DNA of 58,843 bases, counting the filler, from Porpidia crustulata (Eukaryota): assembly GCA_964255105.1 (NCBI GenBank). It is 10 parts of 10 records of this genome, joined end to end, with 100 filler letters (N's around TTAATTAATTAA, not from the genome) between each part and the next. Parts side by side here need not be neighbours in the genome. Positions count along the whole stretch, not along the records: positions 23,640 to 29,434 come from CAXUWE010001698.1; positions 29,535 to 35,329 come from CAXUWE010001699.1; positions 35,430 to 41,219 come from CAXUWE010001700.1; 7 more parts are not named here. One strand, 5' to 3'. Positions within the stretch are counted from its first letter, which is position 1. Each line of letters begins with the position of its first letter. Under the pieces are notes generated by a model, which saw nothing but the letters and a program-made list of their open reading frames with translations, had not been told where the DNA came from and searched no databases. This document shows, piece by piece, positions 26,083 through 37,576 of this stretch. The translations under genes and the position numbers were made by a program.

Positions 26083-28885
26083 TCAACGAATCACATCCTT
26101 ACCTTCCCTCTCAATCCCTTCCAGCGCTTCAAGAATATCACTGCCCCCCAAAAGCCCAAGGTTACCCGCCGTGCTCTTCCTCGCCCCACTCCACACCTCA
26201 TGGAACTTGACGCTCTCATCAGAGCACGCGACAACAATACACCCCTCCTCCGCCGTCCTACCCCACCACCTCTCGCCCTCCTTGACCTGTCTACCCATCT
26301 CATTGGGACCACCGGGATACGGGATCGCCAACAAGGCCCTCATCTCGCTGGCCCACGGGATGGCGACGACTTGCCTGCATTCGGGCCACGAAAAGACCGC
26401 GATGCGGTACGGGTGTTCCGGTTGAGCGTAGCCGAAGGTAGCAGCGATTTCGCGCCGGCTGGTGGACCAGATGAGTGAGGTCACTTGGGCTTGGACGTTG
26501 ATCGTGGCGAGACGGGCGCCGGAGAAGGTATGATAGAAGTGAATGGCTCGGTCGTTTGAGCCGCCTCCTGTGGCGATGAGGCCACGCTGCCAGGGACAGA
26601 AGGCGATTGCTTTTATGGCGGCACTGTGAAGCCATTTATGTTTCTGGCGCCCTTCGCTCACTATAATGGTATCTTGTTGGCCAGGTGTGGAGCGAGTCTG
26701 AGGAACAACGATGGCGGGTAAGGGGGCAATATTGTGAGTCCTTTGGAAGTTGTGCTTCCAACGCCACTCGTCTCCGAGGATACTCGTGATCTTCTTATCA
26801 GAGGTTTTGTTACGAGAAACTTTTGGTAAGCCGAAATCAGTGATGAGCTCTGCTAAAGGATCCCTCTGCTTTGGGGTAAGACTTTGCAGACTCTTGGGTG
26901 GTGTAAGGACATCCTTGACTTCAAAAAGGCAGCAAGCATTGTCATTTGCCCCTGTCGCAAAGTGTTCCCCATCAGGCGACCAAGCAAGTCCACAAATTTG
27001 TTGGGTATGCACAGAAATCTTTGCAATCAGTGTCATGGCTCCGGGCCACCCATGAATATCGACAGCACGATTGTTCAGCCATTCAATAGAGTAGTAATGA
27101 ATGTTTCCAGCCTCATCCCCCACCAGCAATTCTTCGACTACTACTGTTGAGTTCAATCGCTCGGACTGCCTTCGAGTACCCACAGGCTTGAAAGCAACGC
27201 ATGCGATAGCGCTGGGCTGACGACACTGGAATCTGGCGTCATCATCAAGCAGACTCCATAGACTTATTTGGCCGTCATTTCTCCCAATGGCAAGTATACT
27301 ATGCCCACCTTCTGTAGAAGAAAACGACAAAGAAGTTACGTAAGTATGGCGATGAGTAGATTCCTCCATTCGAGGATATTGAACGCCAAAAGACTCGGAC
27401 CAAAGGTATACTCGATTGCTAAGCCCGACGGCGAGCGTTCGAGAAGTGTGGCAATACGCCAGAACGGAGCAGTAATAGTCGTCTCGAAGCTGAGGCGCAT
27501 CGAGAACTGTGCTCCAACATCAGCACTGACCTCGAATTGAGCGATGGAGTTCACTCATCTGAAGGGCGTTGTTGGAACGGCGCGAGGTTCATCTTTAGGC
27601 CCCTTCTTTACCCCTGGGGAAATCCAGATTAGTCAACATACATTGAGAAATGACGACTCGCCGCCAGTATAATGGAAAACAAGCAAGCACATTTCTACTT
27701 ACATGGTGGTGTACCTTCTTGAACCCATGTCCCATAATCCCATCGGCTCCGTCCACCTATGGTTTTATATTTCCGCCCCGTTGCAATAGAATCCGAGCCA
27801 ATGTATCGTACTTGCTCGGGAGAGCTAGATATCTCCATCATTCTGCTAGTTTGATCAATCTCCAACGCCATCGCAAGCCTTCCTTCCAAACGTTCTAGGT
27901 CTTGGTCCGGTGTCTCGCCTTCCAGAAAGCGTGACGTATACATCGGCGCATTGGTACCACTACCAATCAGTCTACCACGTCCATTCGATACGCCCTGAAT
28001 GGGACCACTTGGCAAAACGGCCGCAGTACCGCCGACGTTCCATACAGCTCCTGCACTACTTTGTCGATTCTGAATCGTCAAAGGACTTCGGAGTAGGCCA
28101 AGGACGTTCGAGCCACTCATTGAACGTGATCGGGATTGCATTTCTTGTCTATTATCATTCCTGGACATCACTCTCGTACCTTCTCTCCGACGCGTCGGGC
28201 TGTGGAAAGGATCTAGGGTAGCCAAATTGCGACGCAGCAGTCTCTCCACCTCCGACAAATCTTTCGGCGATTTGCTGGTGTGGAAAGTATTGGACAGTGA
28301 CTGCGACACATAACGACGCGGAATATAACGATCTGGAGATGCTGGAGGAGTAAGAAATCTTGCTTCAGCACTTATGCAACGCCGCTTTGGACTTTGCGCG
28401 CCTCCGTGGTGATCTTGAGAGCTGGAACTAATAACAGAGGTAGGTGAAGGCTTGGCCGGGAATGGAAACCTATCAAATCCGATTTTCCTATCTTGGAAGG
28501 GTGTTTGTGTTGTGCATGATTTTATAGCCGGGTAGATGCCGGCATCTGGGGTTGGAGAGCTAAAACCCGGAAAGTCACTGGCTTGACCAGTTTCACTGTC
28601 TGATACAGGCGATAGTGGAAGTCTGGAAGTCGGAAAGTAGTGCTCTACATTAGTTTCCAGAGTCGGTATATCAGCCTCATCGGAATCTGAGGCGGGTGGA
28701 GATGGGATGCCCCTTATGAACGAGTGCTGCGAATGGTCTGTGAAATTCCTTCTCCGGCTACCGGCAGCAAATGCATCGCTGGATAAGAATGATGAGTCTT
28801 CAGAGTAGCGATGGGAAAGATCGACAAATGAACGCTTTGTGGACGAGCGAAAATCCTGTACAGACGCGGATGCCAAACGAGGCAT
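26083..28885 (-). CDS. AMA1: Cdc20/Fizzy-family WD40 APC/C activator, meiosis-specific Ama1-like
   Basis: C-box DRYIP, VPTTPFR|VLDAPQLRDDYYCS, HTQQICGLAWS, AIKAIAFCPW, ATGGGSNDR and C-terminal IR tail. Exons 28885-27703, 27613-27559 and 27508-26083. Confidence 0.88.
27509..27558 (-). other. Predicted AT-AC intron (U2-type signals) in AMA1
   Basis: TTC AG|atgagt...gctgat gttggagcac|A GTT CTC GAT GCG is the only junction found that gives PFRVLDAP. Unspliced, TGA follows immediately in frame. Confidence 0.75.
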
Positions 28886-29434
28886 CGTGCGAATAGTGAA
28901 AGTGACGAAGCATTTGACAAGGAGAGACTACTGTGGAAAAAGAAACTCGAAGTCTCTCAGTGTGGCCCAGACTTTATGGATAGCTGTAATGCATGTTAGT
29001 AATGATTGGTAGAGCCCTCCAAGGGTAGCTCGTATAGTGAACCTCGAAGAAGTCTAGAGTAGCAAATACCATATTCTAGGGCTAAAACTCGGCTAAAGTC
29101 GTCGTCGAACGCGACTTCTGTCGTTAACATCAAGAGATGCAGTAGTAAAGTCGCCACTATAATCGTGTAGCTACGACTAAGGATGTATCTAAACAAATTG
29201 TAGATCCACATAACAACAAGTATCTACCTAAAAAATACAGCCATCCACATCACCATCCACCATATTCATTTCCAGCCACCCTACCACCCTAAATCAAGCA
29301 CACCAATCCCTACGTACGCGCGACCATCTAACACGTATCAAAATACCACTTTCGAACCCAGGCAGGACGTCCTTTGGGTATCACAAGTCACAAGCATCAC
29401 TGCATAATCTCCACCAATTACCCCACCCCACCAC

Positions 29435-29534
29435 NNNNNNNNNNNNNNNNNNNNNNNNNNNNNNNNNNNNNNNNNNNNTTAATTAATTAANNNNNNNNNN
29501 NNNNNNNNNNNNNNNNNNNNNNNNNNNNNNNNNN
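29435..29534. other. Artificial contig linker
   Basis: N44-TTAATTAATTAA-N44. Confidence 0.98.
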
Positions 29535-29973
29535 TTTGTCGGCAGGCATCAATATTACCTTGGCAGAAGCACTATGTGGCTTCTCACGCGTCGTCGTAAG
29601 GCATCTTGATGGACGGGGTATCTCAGTCACACATCCGCAAGCCATTCCCAGGATCTTAAAGCCGGGGTCAGTCATGAAAGTCACCGGCGAGGGCATGCCA
29701 ACAAAGAAAAGCGAAATTAAAGGAGATATGTATTTGGTTGTGGAAATTGAATTTCCGGACTACAACTGGCTTGAAGACCGGAAGGCTTTCGTCAAGCTTC
29801 AAGAGCTACTGCCTAAGCCTCCTAAATCAATACAAGCGGATAACGTTGACGACGTGGATTATGAAGAAACGGAATCTTTGCGAGATTTTGGTGCAGGTGA
29901 ACCTGGTACCGGCGAAGCGTGGGAGGATGACGAAGAAGAAGAGGAAGGCCAACCTCAGTGTGCTCAACAGTAA
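29535..29973 (+). CDS. Type I DnaJ/Hsp40 (Ydj1/Xdj1/Mas5-like), C-terminal part only
   Basis: ITLAEALCGFSRVVVRHLDGR, GEGMP...KGDMYLVVEIEFP and CaaX box CAQQ. Confidence 0.92.
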
Positions 29974-31638
29974 ATTACTCTGTCAATATGACTGTATAGA
30001 TTTGTGCATTTTAGGCGTTCATCAAATCGACTAGATCGGGTAGAGTCGTTGTTCGAAATTCCGTCAATAGAACGAGAGAGGATGGTAAGGAACCTTCCGT
30101 GAGCCTAGATACTATCTTATGCCGCACAAAATCCGCAGACACATATATTTCTAGGTCTATTTACTGATATTCAGACTCCGGTTGTTCCCAGTAAGCTTAG
30201 CCGGACGGAGAGAAGAACTTAGACGTCATCAATGAGCCTGTCGATAAACACTGGCTGTTTATGCGAGAATATAGCGCAACATACGTACGCTGTATTCTGG
30301 CGCCTGGTCAGTCTTCATCGTTATTCTAAGTGTCCAAATAAGCGAGCCGAAGAACACGTAGGTCTTGCTTGCTCAGCGGTCTTATAATTTTAATATCAAT
30401 CGTTGATCTTTAACCCCTTGCCAAACTAGAGCACGTGCAACATTACGCGCTGTATGCCCTTGGCCACGCGGATAGCCAAATTAGTTTCTGATAATGACAT
30501 TTGAAGGCCGAAAGTGTCAAGACTATTGATTGTTTGAGGCACAGCTCCAGCTATGCTTGCGCAATTGTTCTACACTTGATGAGACTCCACGATCACACCT
30601 TCATCGGGGCGCTGTTCTCACAACCAAAGCACACTTTCACTCTGTACCTTGTGTCATCAGATTCTTTGTTACAGACTCAATCGGCGAGATATTTCCACAC
30701 TGATCTGTTACTGTCGAGCTCAATCTCAGCACCAAAATGGCGAGGAGCTGGTCACGCGCGAGTTGTGCAGGATTTGTTCTGGCCAACACGAATAATGCCA
30801 TCGTCTCGAGATCTTGCCGCCAAAAGTTGTTATGTATACTTTCTTAATGTCGGTAATGGCATCAAACATTGCTGGCACTGGATGTTCGCTTCGGGTTCCT
30901 CTTGTGTTTGAAGCCAAGCCCTCATCTAGATAGGGTAACTTATGCCCCAGAATGCAGCCAGTAAATCTAAGGGTCGAGCTACCACGATCTCGAGCTGAGA
31001 GTACTCCTTCGATAATGCGGACTGTTGCTTTGTCATTAGGGGATCTCGGTTGAGTTTGGGAAGCCTTTCTGGAGACATCACGCGTGAGACCACAAGCTCG
31101 AGGCCTGCCTTGTTTTTCGTACAGGCCCGTCATCTATGCAGTGGTGAAATCGATATACGGCGACTTCCGGCGACCAATCCAAATCTTTATGGACACTATC
31201 TTGATCGTGAGATGTCAGGGAGCATTCTCCAAGGTAAAATGTCTCGGTAGAGCAGCTTGTATCCTGTTGGCCGGGCCAATCTCAAGCTAATATCTCAAGC
31301 TCAGCCTGGTATGGGTTTAGGCGTCCATCCTGCGTGAATCATACAGCCACCGTGATCCGAGGCCGACCAGAAGCACGTCAAATGCTTGGAAATCAGCTAC
31401 GCCCTCCTACTCATGTGTTTGGGTGTGACCTATCAACTGATCATAGATGCTCCGGCTTTGCCGAACCTTCATGTCAACGTACGTCTTCGCGGCAGCTCAA
31501 ATCCGTTCCTCTGAGCCTCGATATCTATACAAGCAGGCCTTTCCTCTCCTTCCTACTCCATCATCCAGTATATCCACAAGACTACCACTTCGTACCAGTT
31601 CAACATCGCATCTGAAAGTCGTTCCGCAATCCACCATC

Positions 31639-32441
31639 ATGAAGTCCTTGATCACTGCCCTCGCTCTAGCCACACTTGTTGGCAGTACCTTAGTCAGTTC
31701 TCTCCCCTTTACAACGAGAAAGACAATTCCCATATTGAACGTTACCTACTAGTCAAACCCATTAGTGATGCGCAGTGATGGTGGTCCACCTCCTGGGTAT
31801 ACCATCGTATCGATGCAGTGGTCAGGTCCCATTACTCCTGGTGGTCCAGACGTCAAATTGGAGGGTACTATTCAGGTCTGCCATCACCCTTATAACGACC
31901 GGCGACTAGTTCCTTGGGTTCTAACATATTTGTTACAGGAAGTTCATGCTCAGATTTTGAAATTGAATCCCGAGTACAAGATGGTCGAGTCTGCAAATAC
32001 GACCAAGAGAGATCTTGGGATAGCGTTGGAAAAACGAAACAAGGTGGTGCCTCCGTGGTGCAACCCTCCAGGAATTGGACAGGCTAGTACCCAGGCCACA
32101 CACGCGAACTATCAGTATCTCAACGGTCTCGTCGGTTCCCGTTGTGGGGTAGGCGGCGGACCAAGAGTCTGTTCAAGAATTGCGTGTACCCAAGGTGGCG
32201 GAGTGTTCCTCTGCAACGACGTGACTCTCAAGACCCATCACTCCACATGTCTCGTATACTAACGTTGACGCAGAACTCTTACTCCAGCCAGCCAGATTGT
32301 GGTTATCTCGGTTCTTATGTCGGGGATATCTGCAATGACTGCTATCCTTCAGGCTCCTGTAGTACTGTCGCGGAATATGCTGCGGGACAAGAGTTCGACA
32401 CCGACAACTACAACATCCTTGTGTCGGCTCAAAATTGCTAG
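31639..32441 (+). CDS. Small secreted cysteine-rich protein, uncharacterised fungal family
   Basis: Signal peptide MKSLITALALATLVGST, LEKR Kex2-type site, then a Cys-rich domain (CGVGGGPRVCSRIAC...LCND|N...GQEFDTDNYNILVSAQNC). Three GT-AG introns. Confidence 0.8.
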
Positions 32442-33165
32442 ATTACAGTCCCTCGTTGATATCTCCGGAACCCGTTCTCGACTGCTTTCGTTTGGAGGGT
32501 GTGAATCAGATTGGATTGCGTGAAGATTAATGACGCATTGAAGTCGCTCTGATAGACTTGAAATTACCTGCGTAGGCCACTTACGATATAAACTTAGCAA
32601 AATCTTGGATTTTTCTATAGTAGTTAGAGCATTAAAGCTACCCAACAGTCTTTACAATGTAACCATTATCCCTAGATTCTCAAATGCAAGATTACCTAAT
32701 CTAGTCTAAAGACATCAACGAGACTTCCAGTGTCATCACTTCCATTCAATAAGCCGAAAATGTGCTCCAAATCAGCTGGCTGTCTTTTCGTTTGAAAGTA
32801 TGACGTCGAGCGTAGACTCCTTAATTATGGCAGGCATATGATAGCATAGAGCGTCTTCTTCATCCAGAAGGAAACAAGCTCGGTCGGATGGCTAAGTAAG
32901 GAAACCACTCTGTCTAACAATCTGTCAGTGCTACATAAGGACTTTATCATGCAAAGCCTGAGGCATGTTAAGAGACTAGGGAATAAGACAACAGGGAAAG
33001 ACAGATTGCTTTAGGGAGAGAAGCTTATCGGGAGGGGAGCAAACAAGGGCTGAAGTAACCACTTGGATATCTAAGGATTTAACAGAAATCAAATATCACT
33101 GCATAGGGACAGCGAGCATAAATGACTCACAGTCGAGACAACGACAAAAAAACCGCGTCATGCGT

Positions 33166-33725
33166 TTACAATTTCGATTTCTGAATGTGCACTATCTTCT
33201 CGAGCCCCCGCCTAATGTCCTCGGCCATACCACTAGCAAGAGGCCGATTCGTCTCCCGATCGACAAAAACATGCGTAACGCCCCCAACAGCCCTCACGTC
33301 CTCTTCCCCGCGCTCAAACAAACCGATCTCATACGTCGCACTGGAATTACCAAGCTTGTTGACCCGGAGGGCGAGATCAAGCATCGCAGGGAATGCCACG
33401 GAACCGAAATAGTCGCATTCCGAATGGACGACTAGGCCGATTTGCTTGGATCGGGGGGGTTGGAGGCCGCAGTGCGATATCAGGTAGGCGTTAATTATGG
33501 AGTCGAATCTTCGTCGAGCTTAGTCGGCGGCTCCTTGTGATATTGATTTTACGCACAGAAAAGAGTAGACGCTGTTGTTCATGTGATTGTACATGTCGTT
33601 GTCCGACCTGTGAGACGTTATGATTGGAGCATACTGCCACCGAGAAGAATGTACCATCTAGTTCGGTATTCGAGATGAAAGCCATAGTCACTGCGTTTCC
33701 GCTGCTCTGAACCTGGCTTTGGCAT
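33166..33725 (-). CDS. Hotdog-fold (4HBT-like) acyl-CoA thioesterase
   Basis: Spliced product MPKPG...YRTRW|SDNDMYNHMNNSVYSFL|FDSIINAYL...LRVNKLGNSSATYE. Two GT-AG introns. Confidence 0.88.
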
Positions 33726-33976
33726 TATACACAATCACCATTCGAAATACACCGTTTATAGAAGTTCTAGTCCTCTTACCTGTTACGGGCACGTTTCTTA
33801 GCGGAAGCGGAACGGGCCGGCCGATCTCAATCGGATCTTATCTTAAACGGAAAACCAAAAATCTGCTCAGCCAGAAAAGTTGGTCTCCAGAACCCGTTCA
33901 TCAACTTTTCCAGCTGGCTCCCTCACCCCGAGTCCTCGCGTACCTTGTACGGAAAGGTCTTCGTGAGCCCTCTAGT

Positions 33977-35329
33977 ATGGCTCTGACAACTGTCGCGACA
34001 GCGACAAGTCTAATGGAGGGAACAGAAGAAATGGCTTCTCCTCCAGAAGTAGTCACTACACCGTGTGATCCATGGCCCCGACCTTACTATCTCGAAGATG
34101 GACTTCGCAAAGTATATCCTTACCATTTCACCTACAACACGTACTGCAAAGAGCGATGGCGAGGGAGAGAACTCCTGGATATCTTTGCGACCGAATTCAG
34201 GGATCGACCGAATGCATATTACGTATGCTATTCCTACTGTATATCTTTAGGATCTGCACTGACATACTCTAGAAAGACGCCATAGAACGTGGTAAGGTTG
34301 TACTCAATGGTCAGCCCATTCCCATCAATGCCATTGTCAAAAATGGCGACATTATTTCTCATACCCTCCATCGCCACGAACCCCCCGTGGCTGCCCAATC
34401 CATCGGTATCGTACATGAGGATAACGACATGATCGTCATCAACAAGCCCGCCGGTGTCCCTGTTCATCCCGCTGGCCGATACAACTACAACTCGATCGTC
34501 GAAATCATGCGCGCAGAACGTGGCCATCAATGGAACCCACTCCCCTGCAACCGCCTCGACCGACTGACCAGCGGCGTCATGTTTATCGGCAAAAATGCGA
34601 AAGCAGCTGATAGGCTTACCCGTCAAATTCAAGATCGCACGGTCAAGAAAGAATACATTGCACGCGTCATTGGCGAGTTCCCCGAAGGCGACATCGTCTG
34701 CGACCAACCCGTAATGCAAGTCTCCCCCAAACTCGGCCTCAACCGCGCCCGCGCAAGCGGCAAGTCTGCCAAAACCGTTTTCAAACGCCTTGCCTACTAC
34801 CCCGCCAGCACCTCCCCAGCGCAAGATCCAGCAACTCCTCCTTCCGAAGCCCTTAAAGAAACCATCGACACCGGCAAACCCTGGCTCCAGCACACCGGCT
34901 ACTCCATCGTCCGCTGCCGCCCCCTCACCGGCCGCACCCACCAGATCCGCGTGCACCTCCAATATCTCTCCCACCCCATCGCCAACGACCCCATCTACAG
35001 CAACCAGCGCGTCTTCGGCCCCTCCCTCGGCGCCTTCTCCTCCTCCCCGACCCAGGACTCCACCATCATCGCCGCCCTCGCTAAGATGGGCAAGGAGGAA
35101 ACCGCGCAGGCGGTCGCCTACCACGACGACATGGTGGACGACTACAACAAGCGCAAGGCCGAGAAGCTGACGGGCGCCGCGTGCGAGGTCTGCGCCACGC
35201 CGCTGTATAGCGATCCGGGGGTGCACGAGTTGGGGATTTACTTGCATGCGGTTAGGTATGCGGACAGTGGGGGAAGGTGGAGCTATGAGACGGGGTTGCC
35301 GGCGTGGGCGTTGCCGCCAGTGGGCAAGG
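33977..35329 (+). CDS. RluA-family tRNA pseudouridine synthase (Rib2/Pus9-like), 3' truncated
   Basis: TYCKERWRGR, INKPAGVPVHP, CNRLDRLTSG (catalytic Asp), TGRTHQIRVHL and IYLHA. One intron at about 34223-34272. Confidence 0.93.
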
Positions 35330-35429
35330 NNNNNNNNNNNNNNNNNNNNNNNNNNNNNNNNNNNNNNNNNNNNTTAATTAATTAANNNNNNNNNNNNNNN
35401 NNNNNNNNNNNNNNNNNNNNNNNNNNNNN
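35330..35429. other. Artificial contig linker
   Basis: N44-TTAATTAATTAA-N44. Confidence 0.98.
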
Positions 35430-35777
35430 GTTTAAAAGGGTTTAGTGAGGTATGGGAGTGGGCAAAGGACGATACAGTGACATTTCGATATGATGAGAAG
35501 GCATTCCCAAATGGCCACACATTGGGATCTCACATCCCTCATTACAAAACAAGGACGCGAGAACCAAGATGTTGCTCAAATTTTGCCATCTCGATTGAGT
35601 ATAAAGCAAGACTCGCTGTCTAGGATATGTGTAGTCACTATGCTAAATAACTGTCGTTCCACACAGCAGCACTAGTGCAAGCAATGCTGAAATCCCGGTT
35701 CGCCCAACGCCTCGCTTGCTAGCCCGTGTCATTGTGCAGAAAAAAGCGCAGAGCAGGAGCGCTCAACGATTCCAAAC

Positions 35778-37298
35778 CTACGCCTTACCAACCTTAAAAG
35801 AATACCTCGACGCATAACCTTCATGCAAATCCACCTCGACGTCCGTTTCCTCGGGGATCATTTCATGACTTAAATCCCAGCCGGCACGACGGCACAGCTC
35901 GGCGACGACGGTGTCGCAATCGCCGAGCATATCGATATCGAAATCGACGTGCGAACACGGTTCGCGAGATATGTACATTTGAGGAGTATTCGGGGGCAGA
36001 AAGCCGACGACCTCGGACACGGGCGCGACTTTCAAGGATGTGCCGATCACGAGGACGAGGTCGACGAGGTCGCGGTCGTGGTTCGCGAGGCGGTGGTGGA
36101 AGGTCGCGGGGAGGTCTTCGCCGAAGAAGGTGATGTCGGGTTTCATGACGCCGGCGACGGTGATGTCAAAGTCTTCTTCTTCGTCCGAGCTGTCGTCGTA
36201 TTCCTGCCGCCGCTTTTTGCCGAGTAAGGCTCCGTTTGAGCGTTTGCGCTTGATGCCTCCGGGCTTGGATTGTCGCAACCGGCGTATGCATCGGTCGCAG
36301 CGAGGGACTTGGCCGGCTTTAAGGTCCTTGTGGATTTCTTCGCCTTTGACTTTGAAATTGCATTCGAGGCAGGAGGCGGTTGCGAAGGAACCGTGGCATT
36401 GGATCAGCTTCTCCGGGAGGATGCCGGCGTGGCCTTCGAGGTTGTCGATGTTTTGGGTGAAGTTTGTGAGAAGCTTGCCTTTCTCTTGTAGAAGCCTTAT
36501 GAATGCGTGCGTAGGAGAGAATTTATTTGTCGAAGGTAGGATGTCTTTGGCAACGGAATAGAAGATGGTGGGATCTTCTCGGAAGAGCCTGATGTCAAAA
36601 ACCTCTTGTGGATCACTGAGTCCAAGATGCTGGAGTTGTGAGTATAAGCCTGTCTCCTTCGATCGGAAGTCAGGGATACCGAGACTTGTCGATATCCCAG
36701 CGCCGGTAAGGACAATAACGTTCTTGGATTTTTTCAGCAAAGACACGGCGTCATCTATCGTATTGTATTGAAGTAGCTTGACTCGCTTTGCAAGCTCTCT
36801 AGAAATTCCCAGACCCAATAGAGAAAAGTATGCCTCGTCGGGCTCTCCATCTAGGAATGACGGTGGTCTGATGCCGAACGCAGTACATAACTTCTTTGCA
36901 GTGTATTTTCTACTCTCGATAGTCTCTGAAATGAATTGATCTGGGCCAACTAGTCGTACTCTTTTGCGGAGGCCGATAGATTCAGCAAGCGTACACGCGT
37001 CATGCACTGGATGGAAATTAGTGCCTGATGCCGGAAATCCTTGGGGCTTCTACGCACTGCCATCTAGTTGTTCCTCATCTCCCATGCCATCAAGGGCATC
37101 CTCATACAGAGACCAGTCGTCGTCGTCATCATCATCCTCTGGCTCAATCTGCGTATCAACCTTCGTGGACGCGTCGCGCTCGCCTTTCCGTTGAATGGCG
37201 CCTATCAATTCATTGACGGAGCTGTCGTCGAGATCGATAATCTCCGTGGCACGCACTTTCAGCGGAGACTCAACGGGAGCCTCATCAACACTCGCCAT
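35778..37298 (-). CDS. SIR2: NAD-dependent histone deacetylase Sir2/Hst1
   Basis: [31 protein letters not shown], CxxC...Cxx[10 protein letters not shown] and GTSLKVAPV. One GT-AG intron near 37008-37057. Confidence 0.95.
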
Positions 37299-37576
37299 GC
37301 GTAGGTTCAATGGAAGGTAGCTGGCTAGATGGTTATCATAATGAAGGCCCCGAGAATTGGATGTCTGACAGCGGTAATAAAGCTAAGCCCAGTATGGAGA
37401 GTAGATGCGACAGTTCTGAGCCTTACAAGGCAATAGCATGTGAAGTCAGTCGACCCACTTCATCTCCAGAGTGTCACCAGAATGCAAAGTCTCAATGAAT
37501 GGAAAAAAGCCATGCTTGCCCACTTCTCAATTGAAGATAGGACTCTGGCTACAATGTGTTTGTCAACCGGTATGAG

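Noticed and set aside
27509..27558. Interpreting the AMA1 intron as U12-type, or as a donor rescued by A-to-I editing
   Set aside because: There is no U12 donor or branch consensus. An edited GT donor joined to the CAG 2 nt downstream would frameshift. The in-frame GAG alternative gives PFSTVLDAP and sits very close to the branch site.
34234..35247. 337-aa antisense ORF over the pseudouridine synthase
   Set aside because: Same shadow effect inside a C-rich island.
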